Shown piece after piece: positions 53,240 through 64,000 of a DNA stretch of 64,000 nt. The stretch comes from Nemertoderma westbladi (taxonomy: Eukaryota; Animalia; Xenacoelomorpha), in the NCBI GenBank assembly GCA_032718475.1, contig JAUCBJ010001187.1, positions 1 to 64,000 of the forward strand, read 5' to 3'. The notes beneath the pieces were generated by a model. The model saw only the letters and a list, made by a program, of their open reading frames with translations, made no database searches and had not been told where the DNA came from. Numbering within the stretch: position 1 is the first letter of the stretch; each line of letters starts with the position of its first letter. A program made the position numbers and the translations under genes.

Positions 53240-53730
53240 TTATTATATTTATTTCTATAAATTTTAGGCTGAAATTATACCGGTATTCTGTAATTAATTC
53301 TAGTCTGTAATTATACTTATATATATACATTATAAGTGTAAGCTGTATACCGGTATTCACGATAGGCCTATTATATATTTATAAATTTAGGCTGAAATTA
53401 TACCGGTATTCTGTAATTAATTCTAGTTAATAATTATACTTATATATATACATTATAAGTGTAAGCTGTATACCGGTATTCACGATAGGCCTATTATATA
53501 TTTATAAATTTAGGCTGAAATTATACCGGTATTCTGTAATTAATTCTAGTTAATAATTATACTTATATATACTATAAGTGTAAACTGCATACCGGTATCC
53601 ACGATAGGCCAATTATATATTTATACATATTTGTGCTGGAATTATATACCGGTATTCTGTGACAAACCTAGTCTGTAATAATATTTATATATATACTATA
53701 AGCATACCGGTATTCTAATATATTATATAT
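53240..53730 (+). repeat. 123-bp tandem repeat (about 4 copies) upstream of gag
   Basis: TAGGCTGAAATTATACCGGTATTC at 53265, 53388 and 53511, with a degenerate copy near 53633. Confidence 0.9.
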
Positions 53731-53849
53731 ATATCACGCTACACTGAGTAGCAGTATCGGTAATTAATTACTAGGCTAACGGTGATACTGAATTACTAGA
53801 CTTGCTTGAACTGTAATATAGCAGTAGGCATTCAACTGTACAAACCAAT

Positions 53850-56800
53850 ATGTCTGACACAAAGCAAAACCTGTCAGACAGTCTCCTAGATACAACCATA
53901 TGTGACCCAGACAGGAGTGTGGAACGTGTAGGACCGAAGTTCAACTCACCTCCTACTGTAAGAAAGATCATCCCTCCCGTAGTAATATCAGACCCTAGGC
54001 TAGTCCAACATCGTAGGTCTATCATAGGCACTCGAGCTCAGGTCAAGCGGGACCAAGAAGCAGCGGAACAGCAACAACCCGCGAGCCAAGTACTTATTTC
54101 TCAACGGCCCGACAGCTCCAGTAGTGAGGATACTGTAGAGCTGACACCCGAGCGCGGAGCAAAGATGACGGATGCGGTTTATTCGGATCCCCTTCTCATC
54201 CTTCCTGCAGCCGTACTCACTAGGTTATTGATTGCGGTGGAAGAACACCAGATCGATTGGGCGAGAAATAAGCGATCGACTAAAGATAGTTATGCGGGAT
54301 ACACAAGGGAAGAACTGAAGTCTATTGTCGAGTCGCAATGGAACTTCCCCAGACCCGGACTCCCGTTTGATTTATCAGAAGCTGCCTGGGAAGACATACA
54401 CAGGATGGGAGTAACCAAGGAAACCATCGATCCAGCTGTGTGGAAGAGGTCCGCAGCCGGATACGTACAGGGATTCTTCAGCTCTATGGAGCGATTAAAG
54501 GAACAACTGTTTCAACAACCCCAAGGACCTCAAGAGCAGGGACAGCTGCTTTATCAAGTTAGAGAAAGAATTCTGCGAATCAGGCTAATCTTATCGGCCT
54601 TTGAGGAGGCTTCTAAAAGAAGACAAGACACGTCGTTGCAAGTTGCCGTAAAGACTTGGTTTCAACGGGTGAGTCTCCAGGTTCAAGGAACGGCTCAGTG
54701 GAAAGTTCAACTGGATGAGCACTCAACCCATGGAGAATCAACAGACGCTACATTTTCCCAAGTGGAAAGTGAAGCGACAGCAGAGAAACCGCATAAGAGG
54801 GATGCTATTGACATCTATCTGTCGGACTATCAACGTTTTGTAGGAGATGAAGAGTTGAGGAGAAGACTAGAGGGACTTAGCCCTAATAGTGAAGGAGCCA
54901 AGCTTGTGTTGGACGCAATCGATGTGGATAGGATAGCTGCGAACCAAGCTAAACTTGATGAAAGCATCCGCATCGCTAAGGTTCAAGAAGAACAAGTAAA
55001 GAAAAAACGTATAGAAGATAGAAAGACAGCGGCAGTGGCAGCAGCAGTGGCAGCGGCAGAAGCGGAAAGAAAAGCGGCAGTGGCAGCAGCAGTGGCAGCG
55101 GCAGAAGCGGAAAGAAAAGCGGCAGTGGCAGTGGCAGAGGCAGTGGCAGAAGCAGAACGGAGGGCATCTGAAGAGACAACCCAACTAGAGTTGGAAAATC
55201 TTCAAGAGAGGCAAGACAACTTCAATAAACAGTTAACAGCTAGTAATATGCAGATGATGAGTCGATCAACTCCCAAAAGACAGGGATATACATCATCTGA
55301 GGAAGGCGATACCACTGATCCTGAAGGCGGAGGAAATCGATCTCGCCTAAGCAGACGTAAAAGAATGTCCCACCGTCAGAAATTGCCTGATTTGCCCCCA
55401 GCTGTTAGAAGGCAACTAGCTAGCACAGACTTAGGTAGTACAGAACCCACAGACCAAATAATTAACATAGAAAGACTCCCTACTATAGTAGATGAGCCTG
55501 AAATAATTAGGCCTGTTCTCGAAGCCACCCCTTCGGTGATAGAGACACCTGTACTCCCTGAACCTACCTCTAAATTCCCTCTGCACAGCACGAAGCTACC
55601 TGTGCCCCACAGAACCACCCCTGAAATTGTTCATGTCCTGGACTCCGAGCGAAACATTCATGACTTGTCGCCCGTTGTCCCTCGTCCTCCCGCTACAACG
55701 TTGGCGCCTCCCGCTTCGGCGGTCGAGTGGGTAGATGAGGGACGACGGGAGATGGGTCTCCTGCTCGGACAGCTGAGGGAACAACATTCTCGCTCCTCTC
55801 AGCAGGCCCAGGAGATGGAGGGAACTGTGCAGCAGTTAAAGGGAACAATTAGAGAGAGTAGGTTAGAGTTGCAAGAAGTGCAGCAAAGTATCGCGTTAGA
55901 ACGCGATAAATTAGTAAATACACAAAAGGGTATACCACCAACCCTGGTAACAATGTGTCAACCTGTTAGGTCTGAAGTATTTCATGCGCAAGGTGTGGAG
56001 CCTACACGCATCTATACTGCTAGCGAAGTAGAAACTCCTATAGTAAACCCTATTAAGGGTAATTATAAACCTGTTGACAATGATATCCCATATAGACTTG
56101 ATAATAATCCGAGAAATTTATATACCGGTAACTCGATATTAAATAACACGATGGCCCAAGAAAGTTTTACGCGTCAAATGGCTAGAACCGAAGCCCGTCA
56201 AGCGGTAAAGGTGGGAGAGATCGTCAAGTTCAATGGAGATGAGATGAAATGGTTACCTTTTAATGAATATTACAAAGATAACATACAGAACTCTGTGCTA
56301 TCTAATGGAGAGAAACTTAGATTCCTCATCGAGTGCTTGGAAGGATCTCCCAAGTTAATGGCATTAAAGTTTATTGGACATCCAGACGGATTAAGACAAG
56401 TTTGGGATACACTAAACATCAGGTATGGTAATAGGAATAACATAGCTAAATATTTGTATGCAAAATTAGTAGCGCCCCGAAAGTTCATTAGCAGCGGGAT
56501 AATAGAGTTTTCCGATGAGATTCAAGAGATCTGTAGACAATTAGATTGGTTAGGTAAGTCTCATGAATATCAGAGTTCTATGGTTATTGGAGCCGTGGCT
56601 TCTACTTTACCGAAGGGTGGAGTAGGTACACGCTGGGACAAGAAAGTGTTATATATGATGGAACAACAACGAAGAGACCCTACCATGGCTGATCTCATGT
56701 CATTCTTAGATGGAGAGGTAAAATTACAGCTTCTAAAACAGTCCAGAGAGAAGACACCGGAAAATAAGGTAAGTGAGAAACCCGTTTCCAGGAGAAAGGT

Positions 56801-57272
56801 AATACCAGTGTGTTATACAGACGACGGCGAAAGCCAGACTTCTCAAGGAGAGGATAGCGGGAAAGACACTGAAAAATCTTATTATGTCAATAAAACGCCT
56901 AAAGAACAGGTAAGTGAATTCAAGTCTCGAACCAATGACAGGAGAGAACAGGTAAGAAAAACTCCTCCTACGTCTCCTAAGAGAATTCAGGTGAGAAAGC
57001 CCGAAGAAAGAACGAGTGTGCACAACGTTACCCAAAGTAAGGTAAGTAACATCAAACCAAAATGTGTGCTGTGCGACGGGCCCCACCGTTTGAATAGGTG
57101 TGATAAATTCCTAAAGAAATCATTAAAGGATAGACGTGAAGTCATGTGGGATAAGCGGTTGTGTTATAATTGCCTCAGACGAGGACACCAACGACGAACC
57201 TGTTACTCCGACGCAAGGTGTGCAAAGTGCGGCGCAAAACATCATATCTTGTTGCACACCGAATTCGAATGA
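53850..57272 (+). CDS. gag: BEL/Pao Gag (1140 aa): long N-terminal extension, DUF1759-like core and three Cys/His knuckles
   Basis: FNGDEMKWLPF..LSNGEKLRFLIECLEG, then CVLCDGPHRLNRC..LCYNCLRRGH..C..CAKCGAKHHILLH, the Pao-specific triple knuckle. Confidence 0.92.
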   Translation: MSDTKQNLSDSLLDTTICDPDRSVERVGPKFNSPPTVRKIIPPVVISDPRLVQHRRSIIGTRAQVKRDQEAAEQQQPASQVLISQRPDSSSSEDTVELTPERGAKMTDAVYSDPLLILPAAVLTRLLIAVEEHQIDWARNKRSTKDSYAGYTREELKSIVESQWNFPRPGLPFDLSEAAWEDIHRMGVTKETIDPAVWKRSAAGYVQGFFSSMERLKEQLFQQPQGPQEQGQLLYQVRERILRIRLILSAFEEASKRRQDTSLQVAVKTWFQRVSLQVQGTAQWKVQLDEHSTHGESTDATFSQVESEATAEKPHKRDAIDIYLSDYQRFVGDEELRRRLEGLSPNSEGAKLVLDAIDVDRIAANQAKLDESIRIAKVQEEQVKKKRIEDRKTAAVAAAVAAAEAERKAAVAAAVAAAEAERKAAVAVAEAVAEAERRASEETTQLELENLQERQDNFNKQLTASNMQMMSRSTPKRQGYTSSEEGDTTDPEGGGNRSRLSRRKRMSHRQKLPDLPPAVRRQLASTDLGSTEPTDQIINIERLPTIVDEPEIIRPVLEATPSVIETPVLPEPTSKFPLHSTKLPVPHRTTPEIVHVLDSERNIHDLSPVVPRPPATTLAPPASAVEWVDEGRREMGLLLGQLREQHSRSSQQAQEMEGTVQQLKGTIRESRLELQEVQQSIALERDKLVNTQKGIPPTLVTMCQPVRSEVFHAQGVEPTRIYTASEVETPIVNPIKGNYKPVDNDIPYRLDNNPRNLYTGNSILNNTMAQESFTRQMARTEARQAVKVGEIVKFNGDEMKWLPFNEYYKDNIQNSVLSNGEKLRFLIECLEGSPKLMALKFIGHPDGLRQVWDTLNIRYGNRNNIAKYLYAKLVAPRKFISSGIIEFSDEIQEICRQLDWLGKSHEYQSSMVIGAVASTLPKGGVGTRWDKKVLYMMEQQRRDPTMADLMSFLDGEVKLQLLKQSREKTPENKVSEKPVSRRKVIPVCYTDDGESQTSQGEDSGKDTEKSYYVNKTPKEQVSEFKSRTNDRREQVRKTPPTSPKRIQVRKPEERTSVHNVTQSKVSNIKPKCVLCDGPHRLNRCDKFLKKSLKDRREVMWDKRLCYNCLRRGHQRRTCYSDARCAKCGAKHHILLHTEFE

Positions 57273-58493
57273 AACAGCCCGAGTCAGGTAAGTGAGTCCG
57301 AACTACATGTCCAATTCAGTGATGTGAACGACACTGACCAATGTTCTGAGATGGAAGGATTCTATACGGACGAATTCTCCGACGAAAACGAATCCTGTTA
57401 CCTGATAAATACCGCAGTGTATCGAGCACTTACGTATGAAAAGGACACCGACAGCGAGCTCCCCCCAACTACTTCTGACCGACAACCACCTTGGAAAGCA
57501 CCAACTTCCAATGTAGGAATCCGAGAATTTCCCGTAGTGCAGCTAAGGGTCCATGGACCTGAAAGGAGTTATATAGTGAACACCCTTCTTGACTCCGGTA
57601 GCACAGGAACATTCATCGACAAAGAACTAGCCGAAGACATCTTTGCTGGACAACCCAAGTTCCGAACTAAGTTAAACATGTCAGGAATTATGCCGGTTTG
57701 GAAATCTACAGTAATCGCAGATTATTATGTAGGTGCGTTGTCCACCCCCCAGGATGAACTAGGAGAACACAGCATAAGGTCAGTAAAAATGGTGGCGATA
57801 AAGAACTTCGCTACCAGCCAAGTAGAACCTTATAACTGGGATGAGGACGATTTCACCCAGCAGTTTGATATACCTAGATTCAACACAGATTACCCTGGAG
57901 TGCAAATACTCATCGGTCAAAATGCGCATGAAGCGCTCGAGACATTGGAGAAACGGCCTGCTCAACTGCAACCACTACAAGCTTATGCGGGAAGAACTAG
58001 AGTGGGTTGGTACTTTACTGGCCCTTCCCGTAGAACTCTCATGGAAAGATTACCGAAAGATCAGGTATATCAAGTAAGAGAATGGGAAGATGAGAGCAGT
58101 GAGTTAGACGATCCAACTGAGGGAAGACCATACTCCTCAGATAATGACGACATCAACTCCAATGTAGATCAATGGAGACATTGCCCCGAGACGATTAATC
58201 TAGCCGACATCGCCTCCAGAGGAGCAACTCCTCAAGAACTGACAGATACTCCAGACTGGTTAGGTGAACCCGACTTCCTAAGTAAAGAAGATGAATGGCC
58301 TCCCCACCTTAACCCGGCTGAGATTAGACAGGCCAAGGGAGCGGAGAAAGTAACACAACCACTCAATCGCCCAGCTGGTCGTTTATGTTTACTGGAAAGA
58401 GACCGAAAACTGTCCGGAAACTATGGAAGGCAAGATACTCTTCCCACGACCACCTCCCTAATCCAACAAATATCTAGGGACTCCATAACGTAA
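57273..58493 (+). CDS. Pao aspartic protease fused to RNase H and integrase C-terminal remnants; same frame as gag after a single TGA
   Basis: LLDSGSTGTFI, ILIG and TRVGWYFTGP, then QWRHCP..NLADIASRG..W..PDFL..WP, then RPAGRLCLLE. Confidence 0.85.
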   Translation, partial: NSPSQVSESELHVQFSDVNDTDQCSEMEGFYTDEFSDENESCYLINTAVYRALTYEKDTDSELPPTTSDRQPPWKAPTSNVGIREFPVVQLRVHGPERSYIVNTLLDSGSTGTFIDKELAEDIFAGQPKFRTKLNMSGIMPVWKSTVIADYYVGALSTPQDELGEHSIRSVKMVAIKNFATSQVEPYNWDEDDFTQQFDIPRFNTDYPGVQILIGQNAHEALETLEKRPAQLQPLQAYAGRTRVGWYFTGPSRRTLMERLPKDQVYQVREWEDESSELDDPTEGRPYSSDNDDINSNVDQWRHCPETINLADIASRGATPQELTDTPDWLGEPDFLSKEDEWPPHLNPAEIRQAKGAEKVTQPLNRPAGRLCLLERDRKLSGNYGRQDTLPTTTSLIQQISRDSIT

Positions 58494-59037
58494 CAACATA
58501 CGGAGTGGGTGTGTGACTATATTATTTTATATTTATTTTATTATTTTATATTATGTATGTATTATTATGTAATTTTATTATAATCGTTTTCTTTAATTTT
58601 ATTTAGTCAAATGTTATTTAGCGATTATTTAGTAGATTAGTGCAATATATTAGTGTTTATTACTTAATTACCTGTATATATTTAGTGCGACGGCGAGAAA
58701 TAATTCTTTTTCTCTTTCCTTACTGTCCGTATTACATTATAAATACGTGACTATACAGTAAGATGAAATCTCCGTACTTATTAAAGTACAATAAAGCTCC
58801 TACTATATTTAAGTATTATTGGTAAGCAGAGTATTAGGAATGCAAAATTCAGATCCTCGTGTCTCGGCTAAACCAAGCTCTGGGTAGACCTTGGAAACGA
58901 CTTGCCTCTTCTCACTGACATTGCTTCGTGCGATATTGCTCTCATACCGTATATTAAATAATACATATAGTAGCGTGATGTCCCTTTAACAGTAGCGTAC
59001 TACGCAAATAAATCTGTTAAACCCTTTGACCATCTGT

Positions 59038-59320
59038 AATTCTAGTCGATTAAGATATCGTGGCACCCACTGATATACTTGAAAGACAAAATTCTAGAAT
59101 CAGTGGTTAACGTCCCCAGACTTGTTCTGGAATAAACCGGTGCCCATCCTAAATATTAATTATTAATATTTACAAAATCTGTCAAATTTCAGATCCTTTA
59201 AAATTCTAGTCGATTAAGATATCGTAGCACTTACCGATACTCTTAAAAGGACAAATCCCTAGAATCAAGGATCCCAGTCCCCAGACTTGTTCTGGAATAA
59301 AATTGTGTCTATTTAATATT
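59038..59320 (+). repeat. ~163-bp imperfect direct repeat in the element's 3' region
   Basis: AATTCTAGTCGATTAAGATATCGT..GTCCCCAGACTTGTTCTGGAATAAA occurs twice. Confidence 0.8.
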
Positions 59321-60129
59321 AAATAATAAAATTACGGGAATAAATTTAAATTCATATTTTAATGAATTTGATAGATTGTTATTTTATACAATTTATAATA
59401 TTCCCAAAATTCCATTAATTAATAGATCATGGGAGCGGAGATTCACCTATTAAGTGTATTAGTGTGTGAGAATCTCCAATATAGAGTCAATAGCCGATAA
59501 AATTCATAAAATCATATATAGAGATGATATTGACCATTAAAGACTTACTATTAAATAGCATCCCAGATCTGTATGCATGGGAATTACCCTAATTCTACCG
59601 CTAGCTTTCCATACTGTCACCATAGCAACAACCACGCTAGAATTAGAAGCGAGTTAACAGAACAATAAAAAGCTTGCTCATTGAATAGCATACGGAATAA
59701 ATAGCACACCGCTAGTATCCAAGGATACATAATAACAACGTGACATTCTGGAAGGCACTTGACTAACGGACAAATGACCCGAATGTGTGATAGAATGTGT
59801 ACCATTTGTGACAGTTACGTGGAATTTGTGCGTTTGTAGGTGAATGTTACTACTAAGGTGTGTTTACAGTAGCGAGTCGCAATTGTGAAAGTAGCCCTAA
59901 CTCTCCAGTAAGAACCTGAAGTATATCTAAGCCTTTGGGACGGACGGTGGAGTGACTTGTACTGGTTGTTGTAGTCGTTGTGCAGCTACGACGTTGGCGA
60001 TAGGCACATCGGCGAAAGTACACCAGCGCTGAGGATCTCGCACTGTCCGGGCGCAGAGAGGGGTAGGCAGCGACGCCCGCTCGCCTAAATATAAACTCAT
60101 TATAATATGGATAAACTTATATAGCAGAT

Positions 60130-61143
60130 ATGATTGAGTTGATAGAAGATGATCTTGGTATCAGGGAGCGATATACTCTACCTTTACAAGCATTTGTTGA
60201 TAGCTTGATACGCGGCGATGCTGGTCCAACTACTACGGAGGACGATGGTCGTTATATCTAACCGCCAATGTCCCGGGAGCAACTTGCGCGTGGGTTGTAC
60301 TGTAGATAATTCACCGCTCGCTATACGCATCGTAATGGTACGTATATGGACTTCTTAACTACTGGTCATCCTATCGACCTACACGATACGGACGATGTCG
60401 ATACCGAAAGGGAAATGGTCCTGTTTAAATATCATACCCAGCGGAGTCGGAACGATAAATTGAGAATCGAATGCGAAAATTATATTCGAAATCGACTCGA
60501 AAGAGAAGACGTTAAAGAACCGGATAAACGCGGTAACTCCAACCTATATTTGGAATTCTTGAGAGAAACATTGTAAAACCGAATAAATATCACCCGTGTT
60601 TCCCCTACAAGACGTGCGTCTTTGGTATTATTGCGATGAATGCCCAAGACCCAACCAACAAACGGAAAGACATAAATATCCGTAGAGACGTTGCACTAAA
60701 CACGGTTTACTCGCTATACTGGCGGGAGTTTCGAGCGAAATTTGTTTGACGTATCACCTACGCTCGTTCGATTCAAACGATCCTTAAATAAACCTATGAT
60801 CAGAGTTTCGGAATACTCGATCAGATCTCATCATTCCCTAGTGAGACCTCAGACTCTTGATCCTATTAGTATGACGGATCCTCCCGAGCTGTACTCACTG
60901 TTCAAAGATCTAGTGTTACCTGAACAATTAGTTGGTGGCACCCCTGTTGTGGGCTTCCTAGATATTAGCCCATCCTACCTAGCCGGATTGGGACGCGGAC
61001 ATTTAATATCGCCGTTTAACCCTTACCATCGTCCCGGCTTAACACGATATAACCTGTCACCAAAGTGGCGGAGAGCGTTGTACCAAATGAGTTAGACGCT
61101 ATTCTACAAAGATCAGAAAAGGAACTTACGCTTGTTCAGATAA
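60130..61143 (+). pseudogene. Possible decayed extra ORF in the env-like position, function unknown
   Basis: The ORFs at 60346 and 60742 share the frame of an ATG at 60130 and are separated by scattered stops. The region is more GC-rich than its flanks. Confidence 0.3.
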
Positions 61144-61559
61144 ACGTAAATTGCACTAGCAAGTCCAAGCGGTAAACAAAGTAACTTTATCTCAGTTCGA
61201 TCGGGAAATCCAGAATCTCTAAGAAGTTATCGAACTTGGACAACCCTATTCTCTGCGAGAGTTTTTGGATGAACGTATCCAGCTACGAGCGGAGGAAAAT
61301 CAGCTCGAGGAGAAGCATATCGAAACGGCGGATACCCCGACCATAATCCTACACCTTCTGATGCAATCATATTGCACCCTTCACCCAGGATTTATAGCCC
61401 TCCTAGTAAAGTGGCTCCCCCCAAAGAGAAAAGGACTCTTACTAGCCTCAAAAAACTGCGTAAACGCCGTCCGCGTAAGAAAGGCTAACTGTTTAGAGTA
61501 TTTTTATATTTTGAGAAACTGTGATTTGTTATATTTTATAGACTTAAATCCCATTTTCT

Positions 61560-61567
61560 GGGAGCGG
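61560..61567 (+). promoter_or_regulatory. Polypurine tract
   Basis: GGGAGCGG lies directly before the TGT that starts the 3' LTR. Confidence 0.65.
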
Positions 61568-62617
61568 TGTAAAGGCTTTTGCGGAATTAGCCGGTTATTT
61601 TCCCCGTAAAGTACTCTGTAGTTGGTTTAGCAGGCATAAAAGGCCGTGTCCTTACTGTACTGGTGTTTTAGAGGACACAAAAGCCATTTCTTCTGTATGT
61701 GTACTTTAGCGGACATAATTAGCAATTCTATGACGCAATACGCCAGATCCTCTTGAAACAGTGTAGCTACCATGACGACGGCTAACAGCTGATGCTGTAC
61801 ACGTGTAGCTTTTTCTTTGTTCTCTGTTCCTTCTTTGTTCGTCTTTAGCCCAACATTAGTAGGCTTAATTATAGAACGTATATCTGTTATCATACCTCAC
61901 TTAACGAATCATAACATACAAACTAATCATATTGTCAACTACAAACACCGCATTTTACTGCTATTTACTGTCGGTTATTCATTATATTTGTTGATGGAAT
62001 ATTATATTTGGAATACTGATAAATAATCAGACACCCCAATCTTCTTGATATACTAAAGGTTAGAGAGACCGGTTACATATAACGATTGCGACTTACATTA
62101 AGTGGTTTGAAGTGAATCTAATGCTATTTTATAGGCCCTACATGTATTGTCTGTTGTTCTCTTTATATATGATTAAAATCAGTGAAGGTCGGCAGATTAG
62201 TGTGCAGCATTGTGCAGTATTGTGTATGATTGTGACTGATAACAAAGCATCTCCTAAAGAATGCGCCATATACGTGAATCTATAGCCATCCCGTTGTGTT
62301 TAGTTTAAGTCATAACTCTGTTTACATATTTAGAGCGCCACGTCCTAAAGGAACTGTTAATATTTCCCGAAAGTGAATAATATTTGTCAGAGATTATATA
62401 TTACGATCAGTCGAATAATACAGTAGGCCTACCCCGCAATACGGTTAGGCTTCCGAATCCAGTCTCCCGGGTATATCCAGCGGGTGAATGATCGCGCATA
62501 GACTGGCTTCGGCTAATGTAGTGTATCAAATACTTGTCATAGGCTAAAGACGATCTATCATCTAAAAGACATCCCAATTTGGCAGGTTAAACTGCTAAAG
62601 GTCTGAAAGCGCGAACA
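61568..62617 (+). repeat. 3' LTR (1050 bp)
   Basis: Near-identical to 50307-51361 and followed by the CCATT TSD. Confidence 0.97.
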
Positions 62618-63399
62618 CCATTCAATTCATTCTTCCATTCAATATTATAATATTATATTATAAATATTTTACAAATAAATAATAATGACAAACCACTTGA
62701 ATTCTTTGAAACCCTGACAGAATATTTTTTCTATCCTTGAATTAATTAATAAACCAACTCGGATTTAACTGAGTCGTCTGCAACCTGTATTGACAATCCA
62801 CGAAGCTAAGGAAACTACTTTCACTAAGAAAGATTTTCCTTAGCTGAGATGCTGTACTCTATACTTGTGTGTGCAGATGGTTCTATCACATTTGAGGCAC
62901 AGTGACAAACACCTTTCCCCAGTGGCCATTTTTGGACTGATTTGTCTAAAATTTCACACAGACACTCTCTGACCTATGTGTAACTTTAAAAAAAAATTTT
63001 TTTAATTAGGTGATTTTCCGTTTCGAGCAGCACGATTGAAAATCATGAGTACATGGTTTTTTTTTTGCCTGTTTTCAAATGTGCAACTTTTCCTCAATTT
63101 TCCTTCAATTTGCCGGAAAATCTGGAGACAGACACCCCAGGTCGTGTATGTAATGTGGTGTTAATTTTATGGCTGCAGAGGACGATGTGCCCTTCGCGCA
63201 GCACGTGAAAAAACTGTCTTTTCTAGAAAAACAATTAACTTTATTTGACCACTGTCAGTACTACTACTGCCCTGCCACCAGACAATCAGTATAGTAAGTA
63301 CAGTAGTTTTTTTTGTCACCATTGTCTACTGGAGATCTCATGGACATTGCCAAAGAAAGGGTTGAATAATTATAAGGCACTAAGTTCCGACATGGTAGA

Positions 63400-64000
63400 C
63401 CCAATGAAGGCACGGGAGGTGATAAATTTAATCAGTCAGCCTATTACTCATATAATAACTTTATCGTTGGCCATTGGTAAAGTACCTGAAAAAATGAAAA
63501 TAGCCAAAATAGTACCGATATTTAAATCCGGAGAAACGACCTTGGTCTCTATCTATCAGTTATCACGTTTCTTGAAGGACAATGAAATTCTTAAGGATAA
63601 TAAATTTGGCTTTCAATCTGAATAATCAACAATCGCTGCGCTAACACTCATGCACACATATTTGACTAAGGCTGCCGAAAATGCAGATACTACACTGGGT
63701 TCTTGGATCTTTCAAAGGCCTTCGATACAGTTAATCGTGATAAATCTTGTTGCGGAAAACTGGAACAGTATGGGATAAGTGGCCTGCCACTTAAGTGGTT
63801 CAAAGATTACCTGTCAAATAGGTTCCAGTTTGTTGACTACCTTGGATCTAATTCCGATCTGAACGAGAATCTCTTGACGTCCCTCTGGGATCAATTGTAG
63901 GGCCAATTTTATTTCTTATTTACATTAATGACATTTCAAATTTAATAAATTTTATTTTATTTGCCGATGATACGAGTATTTTTATTTCTGGCAAAAGTAT
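63400..64000 (+). mobile_element. CR1/L2-group LINE RT fragment (decayed; continues past the window)
   Basis: PITHIITLSL..GKVPEKMKIAKIVPIFKSG, DLSKAFDTVN, GSIVGPILFLIYIND and LFADDTSIF, with frameshifts. Confidence 0.88.

Larger units (their letters stand above)
50307..62617 (+). mobile_element. BEL/Pao LTR retrotransposon, structurally complete but non-autonomous (RT and integrase cores absent)
   Basis: Two ~1.05-kb TG..CA LTRs, a CCATT TSD (50302-50306 and 62618-62622), and Pao-type gag and protease. Confidence 0.96.

Noticed and set aside
54867-55184. Cys/His-rich or Leu/Pro-rich antisense ORFs
   Set aside because: They are antisense shadows of the GCA/GTG-rich Ala-Val repeat in gag.
62864-62944. 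Possible upstream exon of the EGF gene (minus strand, TTTTAG..GTATAG, phase 1-1)
   Set aside because: The splice signals are plausible, but the peptide has no recognisable domain and cannot be supported without transcripts.

Overview
AT-rich, repeat-dominated eukaryotic (metazoan, probably marine invertebrate) DNA. From left to right it holds: about 2.5 copies of a ~4.0-kb head-to-tail tandem unit with Helitron-like junctions (1-10195); decayed LINE fragments (RTE, RTEX-like, L2, CR1/Crack-like); an LTR-less Gypsy gag-PR-RT fragment bounded by a 14-bp direct repeat; tRNA-derived SINE-like sequences; a 61-bp minisatellite; several nested MITEs (MULE-, piggyBac- and TA-targeting types); a 76 x 49-bp satellite; and a Penelope GIY-YIG remnant. 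The only host gene seen is the last two exons of a minus-strand gene (cbEGF followed by two Caspr/neurexin-IV-type fibrinogen-like repeats). Just upstream of its EGF exon sits a young 12.3-kb BEL/Pao LTR element (50307-62617, CCATT target-site duplication), which is the most unusual object here. It has no tRNA primer-binding site. Instead, the 12 nt directly after the 5' LTR are the exact reverse complement of a 12-mer inside the LTR, suggesting tRNA-independent self-priming or RNA cyclisation. It encodes a very long Gag and a protease ORF from which RT, most of RNase H and most of integrase are missing in frame, and it carries a cluster of near-perfect splice-donor (U1) sites around the gag stop. 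All calls come from reading the sequence by eye; no database searches were run.
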